64,000 nucleotides of DNA from Phoronis australis (lineage: Eukaryota; Animalia; Phoronida). The stretch is taken from assembly GCA_002633005.1 (NCBI GenBank), contig NMRA01000894.1, forward strand, positions 36,522 to 100,521, written 5' to 3'. Position numbers and translations under genes: made by a program. Position 1 is the first letter of the stretch, and each line of letters begins with the position of its first letter. The notes beneath the pieces were generated by a model that did not search any database, was not told the origin of the DNA, and saw only the letters and a program-made list of their open reading frames with translations. Positions 35,781 through 47,167 of this stretch are shown here, in pieces.

Positions 35781-38700
35781 CTAAAAGGAGACATAAAGGA
35801 TGAGTTCACATGGTGATCAATCGAGTGTATCCATTTTTGACACCTTTTCATCTTATATTGTACTTCAATAAAACTCTACAAAAGCTTAAATGTTGTAACA
35901 ATGAAAACATTTTTTTTTGACTGCAGGGGGGGTGGGGGGGGGCTTTTGAATGACATGATCAAAACAATCAAGAGGGTACCAAGTGTACAAGCGATGACTT
36001 GCATGAATCATGAGAGAGAACCCAACATGGACACCCTACCAATCAATGCCTGCAAACCATTCCTCTGTATGTTGCAGCTGTGATTTGTTGCCAAGTAGAA
36101 TTTTAAATAAATGCTTTCTTTAATATGCAATCAACATTTCTGCTTCTAATCCATCATTTGCAAGTACTTTTTACCATCATTGTTCCAAACAGCAAGATTT
36201 AGTGCAAGTGCACCTCAACAAACACAATGCATGTCTATAAACCAGGAAATTTAGGCCTGTGACTCAAATGCACAGAAGTGTGTCAGGTAAGACTGCTCTA
36301 GAAAAATTACGTTAGTCAGTTTTGAGTAGCGTCAATCCTTAGTACATTGTTGCTAAATAAGAAAGGCTGTGGAAAAACATGTATGGAGTCATTGTATTTT
36401 CCTGCATGAGAATAACATTTCTTTCTGAGCAGGAACAACAAAACATGTGGCTCTTACTCAATTTGTTATCAATTTCTTCTTGAAGCTGGGTATAGAAAAC
36501 TTGATTCCATTAACAACAAGGCACTTTTCGAAAACGTTGCTAAATTTCTATTCCTTAGCAGAATCATTTTTAGCTTAAACTGACACAGATAAATTTTTAC
36601 TAGATGAAATAATTCAGTTATACACCATATCTCTATAACATGCAATGACTCTTGATCTTTATCGGCAAGATATTATACAGCAGTATCGTATATTTATATT
36701 AAAATTTATATCTCTATCAATTTTTAAATTTACGATAATATTGTACATGTCATTCAAATTTTTGTTGCAAGTGTATACATATATTTAAATGAATTAGTTA
36801 ATATGTGCATTTATCTGTAGTATGTGCTGATATATAACCGTGTGTTTGCGTGCAAGCACGCATGTGTGACACCGAGATATAACGTGTGTGACACCCACAT
36901 ATAATGAGTGTTTGCCACCAGATATAATAAGTGTTGGACACCCAGATCAGGGCTTGGAATGACCAATGACAAAGAACGCGGAAACTTTTACGGCCCAAAT
37001 CATGCCCGATAACCAGCCTTTGAAATGGTTAATGTGAACCTTTCCGCGACAAAAATCGGGANTTGTCGCCGCGCTTAACAATAACACGAGCCGCCATTGA
37101 AAATCAGACCACGCTTTACCCAGATGCCCCAGCAATGTTGACAATTTACGTTCCTCCGAAACATAAAGACTTCCGCTTTCCGAGGTGAACGTCGTCTGCA
37201 ACGCCGCGGTAAGAAAGGAATTTGCCGCGGAAATTTCATATCAAATCCGATTTTTTTACGCGGAAATATTATAAAAAAGCGGAAAGCACATTTCAAAAAA
37301 GCGGAAATCCGCGTTTCCGCGGAAAATTCCAAGCCCTGCCAGATATAATGTGTGTGACACCCAGATATAATGTGTGTGACACCCAGATATAATGTTTGTT
37401 TGACACCCAGATATAATGTGTGTTTGACACCCAGATATAATGTGTGTTTGACACCCAGATATAATGTGTGTTTGACACCCAGATATAACGTGTGTTTGAC
37501 ACCCAGATATAATGTGTGTGACACCACAGTTCTTACCCTCCTTTATTTCCCATAAGTCTCCAACCAATGTGTGCAAACAATGGTAATTCTTTCCTTATTT
37601 GACATGCAATATCACTAACAAAGTGAAATTCTATTTTGTGAAATCACTCCACAAAAACAAAGATTAAGAAAATGTTTGTCTATTACTAATTAAGGCTTGC
37701 ACAACGTAGATGTGATGAAAGAACTTATGACATGTTTTCCCTTGCTTGCAGTAATCAGCCTTGAAATATGAAAAAAATGACAATTTCAGTGATTATTTTG
37801 TGCGATAAGTGAAAGATTATCATAATTTGTCATTTTCCATGATTTCCATGGCAGAGCAAGATCATCATTTTTGAGCATTGCAGAAAATATGGAAAGCAAA
37901 AGTGTAAACGGTATGTAATTTTAAACTCTGTTAAACAACCTGCTTCTCGGGCCATGGTGGGTTCTGCACGTCTGACTTCTGGTAGTAATATGCGGCCCCG
38001 GCAACATGACCAGCAGTTTGGACCAAAACACGAGGCCTCCTGTTGGCTGGGTTTACTTCGAAATCATGAATTGCTTCGACGTCGTGGTCAGGAAATTCCT
38101 GAAATGCACCGACAACATCCATTGACAATAATAACCACATTCCCCAGTACTGCCCCTCTCTGATTCTGTGCAACTTGCCCACAGTGGCACATGGCACAAG
38201 GCTTGTAGTGCTGATACCCATTTTACATTAACATCAGTTTGCCTTTGCTGTTCTTACACAAATAAAATATTACCTTTGTTTAGTCAATGGCAATTATAAG
38301 AACATCAAAAAATTGAAAAGTCCAGTGAGCCATGATAAACTGTTCATCACTTGTCTGCCTTGGCTCAGAGGAGTGTTAGCGGGCCTACGTTTGGAAAAAT
38401 AGCTCAATTGTACAATGCCAGGTATTCTACCTCCAAAAAAGCGGAGAGTTGAATTTGGAATGTAAAAAAAGAAATACTGTGCTGGGCATGTGACAAATTC
38501 ACACTTGTCAGAACAATGTAAGAACCCACTTTGCATATAAGTGTTTTTAGGGGTTTCTTTGAAGTACGATGAAATGCAGAATACACAACAGTACAAATGA
38601 CTGCACAACATTTACACCTAGATGTCCCTTTGGGTATAGCACCGTGCCAGATATGACATAGTTAGAACTTTGTTGATGACTCTCCCAGGTGATAACAAAG

Positions 38701-41042
38701 ACTGCTCAATACTTATCTCCCCGTCCTAACAATGGCAGACATGAAGGTACACATCAACCTTGTGCTTGTAATGTAAACAAAAATATTTGCCGTTGCTGCT
38801 TGGTCATAGCCCAGAAACACTGTACTTTTTACACGTTTTCACATTGCAATGACATTTAACTGCATTCTTACCCAGATAAAACTATACAGTGACACTTTCG
38901 ACATGCTGGAAAATATTACGGTAGAGAAACATTGGAATGATAACCTGGCATTTATTAAACACAGTGGAACTGATTACTACGGAATGCCTACTAAGTGATA
39001 ATAACAAATGATTTTTTGTAAGAAGTGTTGCTATACACCTCGGTCAATGCTATGTTTTGTGAGATTTATGCCCAATAAAGGAGATTCAATGTGCATACAA
39101 CAATCATACACATTTTACACTCAAATTTTTTTCAAGTTTTTCAGTCATTAGTCCAAGAACAAAGATTTCAAGCTCTCAACATCAACGTACCTTTAACGCG
39201 TAAATTAAAAGACTAAATTTGACCTAATTTCTCACCTGTTTCACCAGACTAAAATAGTGGGTCATGCATTCATCAACAGGGTCCTTTACTCCTTCACAGT
39301 GGTCCTGAAGAACAAATGGTTTCAACGCCTTGTCAAACATGGCCGCTGTACTGATGACAATCACTGCAAGAGTGTCGTAGTCTTTTTCAAATTGGAACAA
39401 GGGGAGGATTTGCTCGTTATACCATCCTATCTGAAAACATAACAGCAACAGTTACAAAAACATGTCAGAGTGCAAGTGCGAATTACAAAATATATAACTC
39501 AACAAAATCTTCCAATTCAGTACACAGGCACTTATGACCTTTAAAGCTGCCATAAATAGACTTCAGTTAAAAAAACTATGTCAATTCTTTAAAGAGCATG
39601 CAATATGTATGGTAAACAGGTGAAATTCTAAACTTCTCGACAAAATAAAGATTATAAAAACTATTACTAGCTAGCCTATACTCAGCTCTTAAACAGAGCT
39701 AAGTTCCAAAAGAAAGGAATGAAGAAAAATTCTTGCTCATTGTCTTAGTACTAACCAAATCAAATTCCCTTGACACGTGTACAAAACTGCAACTGTCTAA
39801 CTGCATGGTTATATTTCGCGTATTCTTTCATACCAAATCCTCTAACAACAATGAATGAAATTGTCTGCCATCTTCTTCCCTTAGTTTTTGGCCTAATGAC
39901 ATCATATAGTGATCTGAATACCAGCCAAATTGCGCCCAGTGAATGCTTTAGAATTCACCAGGTAAGTTAAAAATGCAAATGGTGGAGTGTCAAGCGAAAA
40001 GTAAAACGTCAAACTTCGAGTGAGCAAGTTCTCTCAAAGAAAATTTCCATTCAGTTATATTTACTGCATTATTTCTTGAGATAAATGTGTTAAGCAATCG
40101 CAATTTCGAGGCGTACGTGTTATGACTGTTATGTTTAACTTCGACACAAAATATGGTAAAGGAGAAAATGGGTGATCAAATCATGAGACCAAAATTCCTC
40201 ACAGTGAACAAAAAAGTTCATCTTGTTGTAGATGTGCTTCCGGTGAATTATATGAGCCTCTGTTAGCTACTCGCTAACGGGCAATTGCCTATTAGCTGAA
40301 TGGTTAGCACGCTTGCCGGTTTTATGGGGGTCGCGGGTTCGATCCCCAGGTCGGGTGATCTCGGCTATTACTATACAAATGGCGTAGTCGGCAAACGGAT
40401 GATCTAACGATGAAGCACTGCCAACTAGTACCCACGGACCTCGGGACGGCGCGCGTGGAAGGTTCCAGGAGTCAAGGACCTGAATGAGAGACGACCTTGT
40501 GTTCACCTGTGTTGTGGTGGTAAAGGTACCAAGGGACGTTGATGACCTGTATGCGAGACATCCTGGTGTTCACCTTCCTGTCGCGTGCCCGTTCCGTAGG
40601 AAAGGGGGGAATGTTGTAGATGTGCTTCCGGTCAATTATATGAGCCTCTGTTAGCTACTCGCTAACGGGCAATTGCCTATTAGCTGAATGGTTAGCACGC
40701 TTGCCGGTTTTATGGGGGTCGCGGGTTCGATCCCCGGGTCGGGTGATCTCGGCTATTACTACAATCTGATTGCTCAAATGAACATTCACTTCCAAGTCCA
40801 CGCATGCGATCTTGAGATTAAGCAGGATTCCAGAACCAAGGTCATACACAGGCACAGCACCTACAGACACAGTAGACCAGAGACGGTGGTCACTGTCACT
40901 AGTGTCACTGTCAAGCAAAAAGTTATACACAATATTTCTAGGCAAAATATAATTACTAATTTATTACCTTGAATGGGTGAACTTCAAATCCACCCGGTTC
41001 CAAAACCGCTCGTACACGAGAAATAAGTTTTTCGTGTGACAT
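35481..41042 (-). CDS. MMACHC: Cyanocobalamin reductase / alkylcobalamin dealkylase (CblC), 242 aa; complement(join(35481-35780,37940-38098,39236-39430,40968-41042))
   Basis: MSHEKLISRVRAVLEPGGFEVHPFK|IGWYN..DTLAVIVISTAAMFDKALKPF..DPVDEC|..HDFEVNPANRRPRVLVQTAGHVAGAAYYYQ|KIHGVSIHPMYGGWFALRG..FNFHWRDWSFRD..YSEEQKAYFRTPPAER. All introns are phase-0 GT-AG and the spliced length is 729 nt. Confidence 0.96.
36864..37524. repeat. 22-24-bp minisatellite split by a MITE
   Basis: GACACCCAGATATAATGTGTGTTT units at 36864-36947 and 37339-37524. Confidence 0.9.
36948..37338. mobile_element. hAT-like MITE with a 6-bp TSD
   Basis: Perfect 13-bp TIR CAGGGCTTGGAAT/ATTCCAAGCCCTG, CCAGAT duplicated at 36942-36947 and 37339-37344, and subterminal CGCGGAAA repeats. 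Confidence 0.88.
37940..38098 (-). CDS. MMACHC: MMACHC exon 3
   Basis: tttcag|EFPD..GHVAGAAYYYQ..PEKQ|gttgt. Confidence 0.95.
39236..39430 (-). CDS. MMACHC: MMACHC exon 2
   Basis: ttttcag|IGWYN..LVKQ|gtgag. Confidence 0.95.
40224..40763 (+). mobile_element. Miniature non-autonomous LTR retrotransposon (TRIM) with tRNA-like LTRs (Helenus-like)
   Basis: Two 152-bp direct repeats (40224-40375, 40612-40763; TG..CA; 3 mismatches seen). PBS TGGCGTAGTCGGCA (40380-40393) is complementary to the tRNA-Ser 3' end; PPT AGGAAAGGGGGGAA (40598-40611); TSD ATCT on both sides. Each LTR has A box TAGCTGAATGG and B box GGTTCGATCCC. Confidence 0.93.
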
Positions 41043-41949
41043 TCTATTTCGCTAACGTTCTGACGAGCATACGTGTTGACGAGCATACGTGCCGGAAGTA
41101 AACATTACAATGCCACCTGACGGACATTTCGCGGCGAACCCCCGCGTTGCTGTACGTGAACCTTGCTTGTCTCAAGATTAATCGGAAGTGGGTGTTGCGT
41201 GAACTTGGAATTCCAAAATCTCACAAATGTTCTTGAGATTAAGCAAGCTGCCTCATCCCTTACGTGAACTTGGAATTTTGCTTGAACTTGGAATTAAGCG
41301 ACTGCCTGACATCCAAACACAGAACAAGGCGCTTTTGATGCATGGACTGAAATCATTACTGAACCGGTAGGCTACGGGGAGAAGAAAATTTAAAAAATCG
41401 AGATAAAGCTACCGTGGCTTGTTCATGAATACTGGTAAGTACCGAGAGACTGTAATAAAAAAACATTTAAGGACTGTAATGCCATTACATGTTCCCTCAG
41501 TAGGTCTATATGTAGGCTACCGGAAATTCCAAGGTTATAGACTTACGGCTTTGGTAGCCATTTCAGTCGTATTATTTTCTGCGTTGTTGCCTATTCCAAT
41601 ATAAAAATAAAGCTTGATGTTTGAAATTAGTGCCTGATTGTTGTTTGATCAAGTGCCGAACTAAACATTCACAAACTGGTTGCCAATACATTTTAAACAG
41701 ATTTTCTATTAATTTCGAAAGACTTCTAGTGAGCCCATTTGGATTTTTTGTACCCAATTTCAAGTTAATTTAAGCAAGCCACGCCCTTGCTTAAACTTGG
41801 AACATTCAATTTTTTCTTTACAAAAAATAGTGTGGTGAACCAAACATTCTCTGAATGGTTGCAATATATTGTAAATGCGTTTTCTTTTACTTTTGAAACA
41901 CCTATGAACGCAGTCGCAGTTGTTTTCTACCCAATTCCAAGTTTAAGCA
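40790..41949. promoter_or_regulatory. Putative MMACHC promoter with a clustered 15-bp motif and ETS sites
   Basis: Six copies of TTCCAAGTYYAMGYA in both orientations, CCGGAAGT at 41092-41099, and CpG enrichment around exon 1. Confidence 0.45.
40968..41042 (-). CDS. MMACHC: MMACHC exon 1
   Basis: ATG..GFEVHPFK|gtaata. Confidence 0.92.
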
Positions 41950-42057
41950 AGACACGCCGTTATAGTACAACTTAATTCTTTACAAAAAATCGTCTGGTGC
42001 ACCAAACATTCTCTGAATGGTTGCAATAAATTTTAAATGCGTTTTCTATTACTTTTG

Positions 42058-43209
42058 CATGCCGTGAAAAATACGCTTACAAGGAAGTCACGCATTTCTA
42101 AAGATATGCGGGAAATTTCGCCGCTCGTCCTTCTGAGCGACTCTTACCAGGATCAAAGAGAGCGTGGCGCCGAAGTAGGATACAGTTGTGATGACCGCAT
42201 TATCCGGTGAGAGCAAGACCAAATAAAGTGAAATTACCCCCACCATGAACCGTAGTTAACATCTTTGCCTGTACATATTGGCGAATTTTCAAAATGTATT
42301 AACCAATAATTTTCATTAAAAACGAACACCACGGCGGTATTCAGTTGAAAAAAAAGAATCAAGTTTGGTTTTCGATTTTTAAAAATCGATGAACTAAGAA
42401 GCTAAAAACATTGGGTATTGATATAATCGTTGGTTTTACAAACGCTGATAAGAGTTAACAATATCACATGCATTACTCTTTTAATGTTCTTTCAATCTCG
42501 TTAAACCAGATTTTTACTAGAAAACAATTTTACATGTGCCTACTCTTCATTTTTTGTGACTGACATCAAGCTAGAATTGTTAGTGCAACCGAAATTGTCC
42601 ACAGATTCCAAATCTTCAGTTTGACCTATTTGCACTTTTGTTTTCATTTTACGATTTGAGTTCTAATAAAGATTAAATTTGAACTACTGACGTGTAGTTT
42701 TGTTTGCTGTGAAATGTTTAGTGTAGGTGTAACCTGGAAAGTTCAGGGATGGGTTCGCACTTAACTAAACGAATTGAGTTTTGCTGGCGATCAAAATCTA
42801 CCATCGTGTTGGTACTTCAGGTTTAAAAATAAATAAAAAAATCCGTTCCGGATAAAAAAGTAGACTGGAATATTAAAAATGGAATAACAAAACCGGTATG
42901 AAACATATTTAAAGCCGTCTTTCCTTTAGGAAGTGTCCCTTTGTCAAGATAAACACAAATAAAATTTTTAGTCTTTTTGAAATATTTAAAATGTACCAAG
43001 TTAAAACTACTGGCAAATGCCAGAGAAAATCAATTTGGGTGTAAATAACAATCACCTTTGTTGAGACAGTAGTGCTAGCTATTACTTTTCCACTTCATTA
43101 GCTCAGATGTATATCAACACAAAGGGCTTGCTGAATAGGCATCATAAGAATTGTTTGGGACTAAAGGAATCTGAGCGGTGACCAGTGTATGCGAGAAATT
43201 CTCCACATG
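42058..43209 (-). mobile_element. ~1.15-kb non-autonomous TIR element (CATG termini), copy 2
   Basis: Reverse-complement homolog of 22312-23586 over its whole length. Confidence 0.8.
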
Positions 43210-43685
43210 CAACTCTCAAAAATACCGTTATAAAACTATTTCTGTGATCTCATGATCTCCTCGGACGACCACACCCGGCCACTTCCCTCGTTCCACTCAG
43301 TTTTCAAAGGTCCTTTAACTGTTGATGGTTGCATTTTTCTGATTGCGGAAATTATTTATCCAGTCTGGACCCACTGTCCCTCCAAGCCTGTAGCTTCCGT
43401 TGACTTGTTTTGGCGTCACCTATCTTGCTCTTCATCTACGACATCATTATTTTCTGTAATCAGTTCTGTGAGGAAACCTTTTCTTCAGGAGGAAAGTGTT
43501 CTAACCCTTTTTTTACCCAATTCATTGATGACAGAGCCACCAGGAAAATACCCCTACATTGATTCTACCTACAAATGTATGCTGTCATTGAAACCAACTT
43601 AATCACAGTTCCATTGAAGCACTTCAATAGTTTCTTTGTTAGGTTAACCCAGCTCGACACAGTGGGGTGCCTCGGATACTTTAAA

Positions 43686-43836
43686 CCAGCCTCCCGTTCA
43701 GTAACGCTAGGACCTCGCTAAAAAGCAATATTTTGCGAGGCTATGTGAGATATTACCGTGTATAAGAACACGTAACTTTGGCTTGATTTTAGTTAGGTCC
43801 TAGCGTAGGTCATAGCGTTACTGAACGCACGCCCGG
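43686..43836. mobile_element. ~150-bp palindromic MITE (second copy ~59276-59421, inverted)
   Basis: TIR core CGTTCAGTAACGCTA(G/T)GACCT; internal sequence shared with the 59.3-kb copy. Confidence 0.7.
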
Positions 43837-44583
43837 TTTTAGTGAACTCGCTCCCAGTAAACAAGAGCTACATGGAGCGTTGAAATGCACCCACGGCTGC
43901 AATGCAATTCCACTAGTGTTTTTGATATCGTAGGAATGGCCATTAAACGGCACAGAATACATTGAACCTATCCAAAGCAAGGCGTCGTCTTCTCTCTAGG
44001 AACACTGTCCGGCAAAATCCGCAAAGGAACTCTAACGATAGAGACAGGCGCCACTCATTGTTTTGAGTAAAAATAATTCAATTCGGAGGCACAGTAGTGG
44101 TCCAATTGTTGTCGAGTTTAAAATAGGGCTACACACGCCAAATTGACATTGAAAGATAAACACACAGATGTCAAGAAGAGCAACACGATAGCACTGCAAC
44201 AGGTGTGCTTCAATGAGTATATTTAAAATTATGAGAATGTCCGTTACATGACGCATATTGCGTCAAACCCATCTGAATTGAGAAGATGGTATCATCTCCG
44301 CAGAACATAACTGTTTGCCAAACTTAAAAAAATAAGCTAACGAAATCCTAAGATATAGAGGCAAACGTAAAGAAACAATTGACGTTAGGGGCCACAGCTA
44401 CAGTCCGATTTGTCTGTAATTCGTTATGTCTTGACATTGCCGTTGCCGTCTCTCATAGGATGTATAATAAAACAGCTGTCTGCAAACAGTAATTGCACAG
44501 ATTTCGGGTCCTCGGTAGCTCAGCACGAGACGTGTGGTTCGGTTCCCAGAGATGGAAATTTTCTGGTGAGTAGAGGCAAGTAG

Positions 44584-45670
44584 AGGAAGTTACGCATTTC
44601 TAAAGATATGCCCGAATTTTTACCGCTCGTCCTCCTGAGCAGCTTTTACCATGATTAAAGAGGTCGCCACAGTCGGTTACTGCTGTGATGACTGCATTGT
44701 GCGGTGCGATCAAGACTCAATTAGGAGGCACAGAACAGTTCTCACAGGGGTTTGCCTGTCAGAACACACGTCACTGCACTCTTCACCCTTTCTTCACTTT
44801 GTCAAAAACTACATGCAAATAAGGAAACGTTTTGAGTCATTTCACATCAGCCCTACAGATGAGCACAGAAACTTTATTCTCTCTTGTATTTTTGACCCAT
44901 TCACTCCCAGTGGAAACCAAGCCGAACTAAGAAAAATGAGGTCAAAAAAATGCAAAATCGGAACTTTTCACCCCAAAATCACCACTTTCCTGCCGATGCT
45001 CGACTAAAGCCAACATTAGATTCCGAAAGCAAATTTCCTACCAATTCCAAAAATGTGGTCCAAAAGTACTGTCAACCGACTAGTTTTTTTGCAAATCTGG
45101 CTTGTTTGAGGGCTACCTGAAATCGCGGCCAATTTCTCAGTTGCTACACAGCAATGCACAACTGCAACAGGGGGCCACCATCTTGAAGAAGAGTGCAGCT
45201 ACAGCCGAGAAACTGGCCTTTTTTCATTCCCAACACAAATAAAAAAAAAAACATTCACTTGGCCTACACACAATACCTAATTGAAAAATGCCCCCAAGCC
45301 TGGCCTAACCCTAGATTTTAACATTTTGGCAGTGCAAATTGAACGCGGCCACAACCTAACTATTCAGTGCCACCTTAAGTGAAATTGCCCGACTATAATC
45401 TGAAGTAAATATCTCTGCCTGTACATAATGGCAAATTTTCAAAATGCATGAAGAATAATTTTCGTCAAAAACGAACACCACGATGGTATTCAGCTCAGTG
45501 GAAAAAACAACCAAGTAAGGTTTTCGATTTTTAAAATCAATGAACTAATAAGCTAAAAACTATACACATACGATTGAAGATAAACGACCGTGTGTACTGA
45601 TGTAATCGGTGGATTTACAAACGCTGATCAGAGTTAACAATATCACATGGATTCATTATTTTATTAATCT
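44584..45670 (-). mobile_element. Partial third copy of the CATG element, interrupted by a Kolobok-like MITE (44724-45374)
   Basis: 44584-44723 and 45379-45670 align to ~42083-42500. The insert has TIRs GGAGGCACAGAACAGTT / reverse-complement GGTGGCACTGAATAGTT and ends at TTAA. Confidence 0.7.
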
Positions 45671-47167
45671 CACTTTAGAAAAATACAAAGTCTCTGACAA
45701 CATTTTCATAATTTTTAAGTTGTGTTGTGCTCATAATTACATGGCTAGTAGCGAAATTGGCGCGTAACACCAAATTTTTGTGTAGAATTTAAGTCACTTT
45801 TCATGAAACTGTTCTCGAGATTAGGCCTACAGTAGTTTGATAGTCGTGACACAGGGGGAGTTTTATTCAAAGTCGTACGACCGGTCGCAGTTAAGACTGT
45901 CGTAAGCCGCCGGTCTTACAGCAAACCCGGCACCACGTTTGTTTATGAAAATTTAAGGTTACAAACTGGCGTAAATTGGCAATGTTTCATATTCGGACTA
46001 ACGGCTGCCTTCTCGAGTCACATTCTAACGAACTATGTGCATAATAAACTCCAGAAGTTACGACCATGTTGACAAAGACTTGATGACGTTATATCATGTG
46101 AGGGCCAAACCATTTTGAAGAATTTGAATTAAGTTTCTTCGTGGTGCCATACATTTTTAATATTGTGACGGTAAATAAAATTTTAGCGTCACGTGACCTG
46201 ATAACTCAGTAACGCATGACTTTCCAAAAGTCAATACAATTAGGAAGATTACTGTATTTTCGGCTATAACGTGATCAGATCACCCAATAAAAATGCCCAT
46301 CACAATCCCGACTGTTCAGCTCATCTCCGTCCTTCCAATTTCCTGTCCGTCCTTTTTCTTTGGATGTCTGAACTGTAGAGGTACATGAGTTATTGTTAAA
46401 AATAAGTATCGTTGGAGCATGGTAGGTAGACAAATTCATATCACAGTGTTTCTCAGCTTCGTTTCCTTACCACTTGGAGAATAGAAAAAGGTAAAAGCCA
46501 GTGCAGGATTGTATATTAAGTAAAAAACAATTGAGGATAATGTATTCATTAAAAAGAATCGCAGGATTACGTGTTAAGTAAAAACCAGTGCCGGATTATG
46601 TGCTAAGTAAATGCTACAATTTACAGCCCGCAGAAAATACGAAACACATCGTCAAACACATCGTAGGCATAGGAGTCCATAGAAAGTTACGTCGCGCAGG
46701 AGGGTGAAAATTTTGGCGAAACAAGGAGAGGACGATGAGGCGGGGTGAGAAACTGTGATGACTGAGATAGCTGGCTTAGGTTTTTTTTTTATAGCTCTGA
46801 GGTCTCGAGAAACCTTTTTCTGCGCAGTTAAAAAGTCTATCTCCTACATTTGTAAATTAACTTGGGAAGCAGGTATAATATTACACTTGCACTTGCACGC
46901 TTTCGTACGTTTTAAATGTAGGTCGGCCAATCGATTTCACTACAAAATGGAAAATAATTTGCATTTCCACAGAAGACAAAAATAGAGAAAGATCTAAAAT
47001 ATATAATGTATTCACATTCTAAGATGTCCATTATCGCGTACTTATCTCGAAGGCTGCATGTGCTAGGGTCCGTTGGGGACAGACATTGCGCAACACTAAC
47101 TTAGGTCAAAGATCGTAACCTGGCATTTATTTTGACTTTATACGAGTAGCTTCTCGGAGTCATAACG

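Noticed and set aside
40287-40356. Functional tRNA genes (two copies, second at ~40675-40744)
   Set aside because: A and B boxes are present but the anticodon arm and acceptor stem do not pair properly; both copies are parts of LTRs.
40267-40972. ORFs of 79-96 aa sharing IAEITRPGDRTRDPHKTG
   Set aside because: Antisense readings of the duplicated LTR; no gag/pol similarity.
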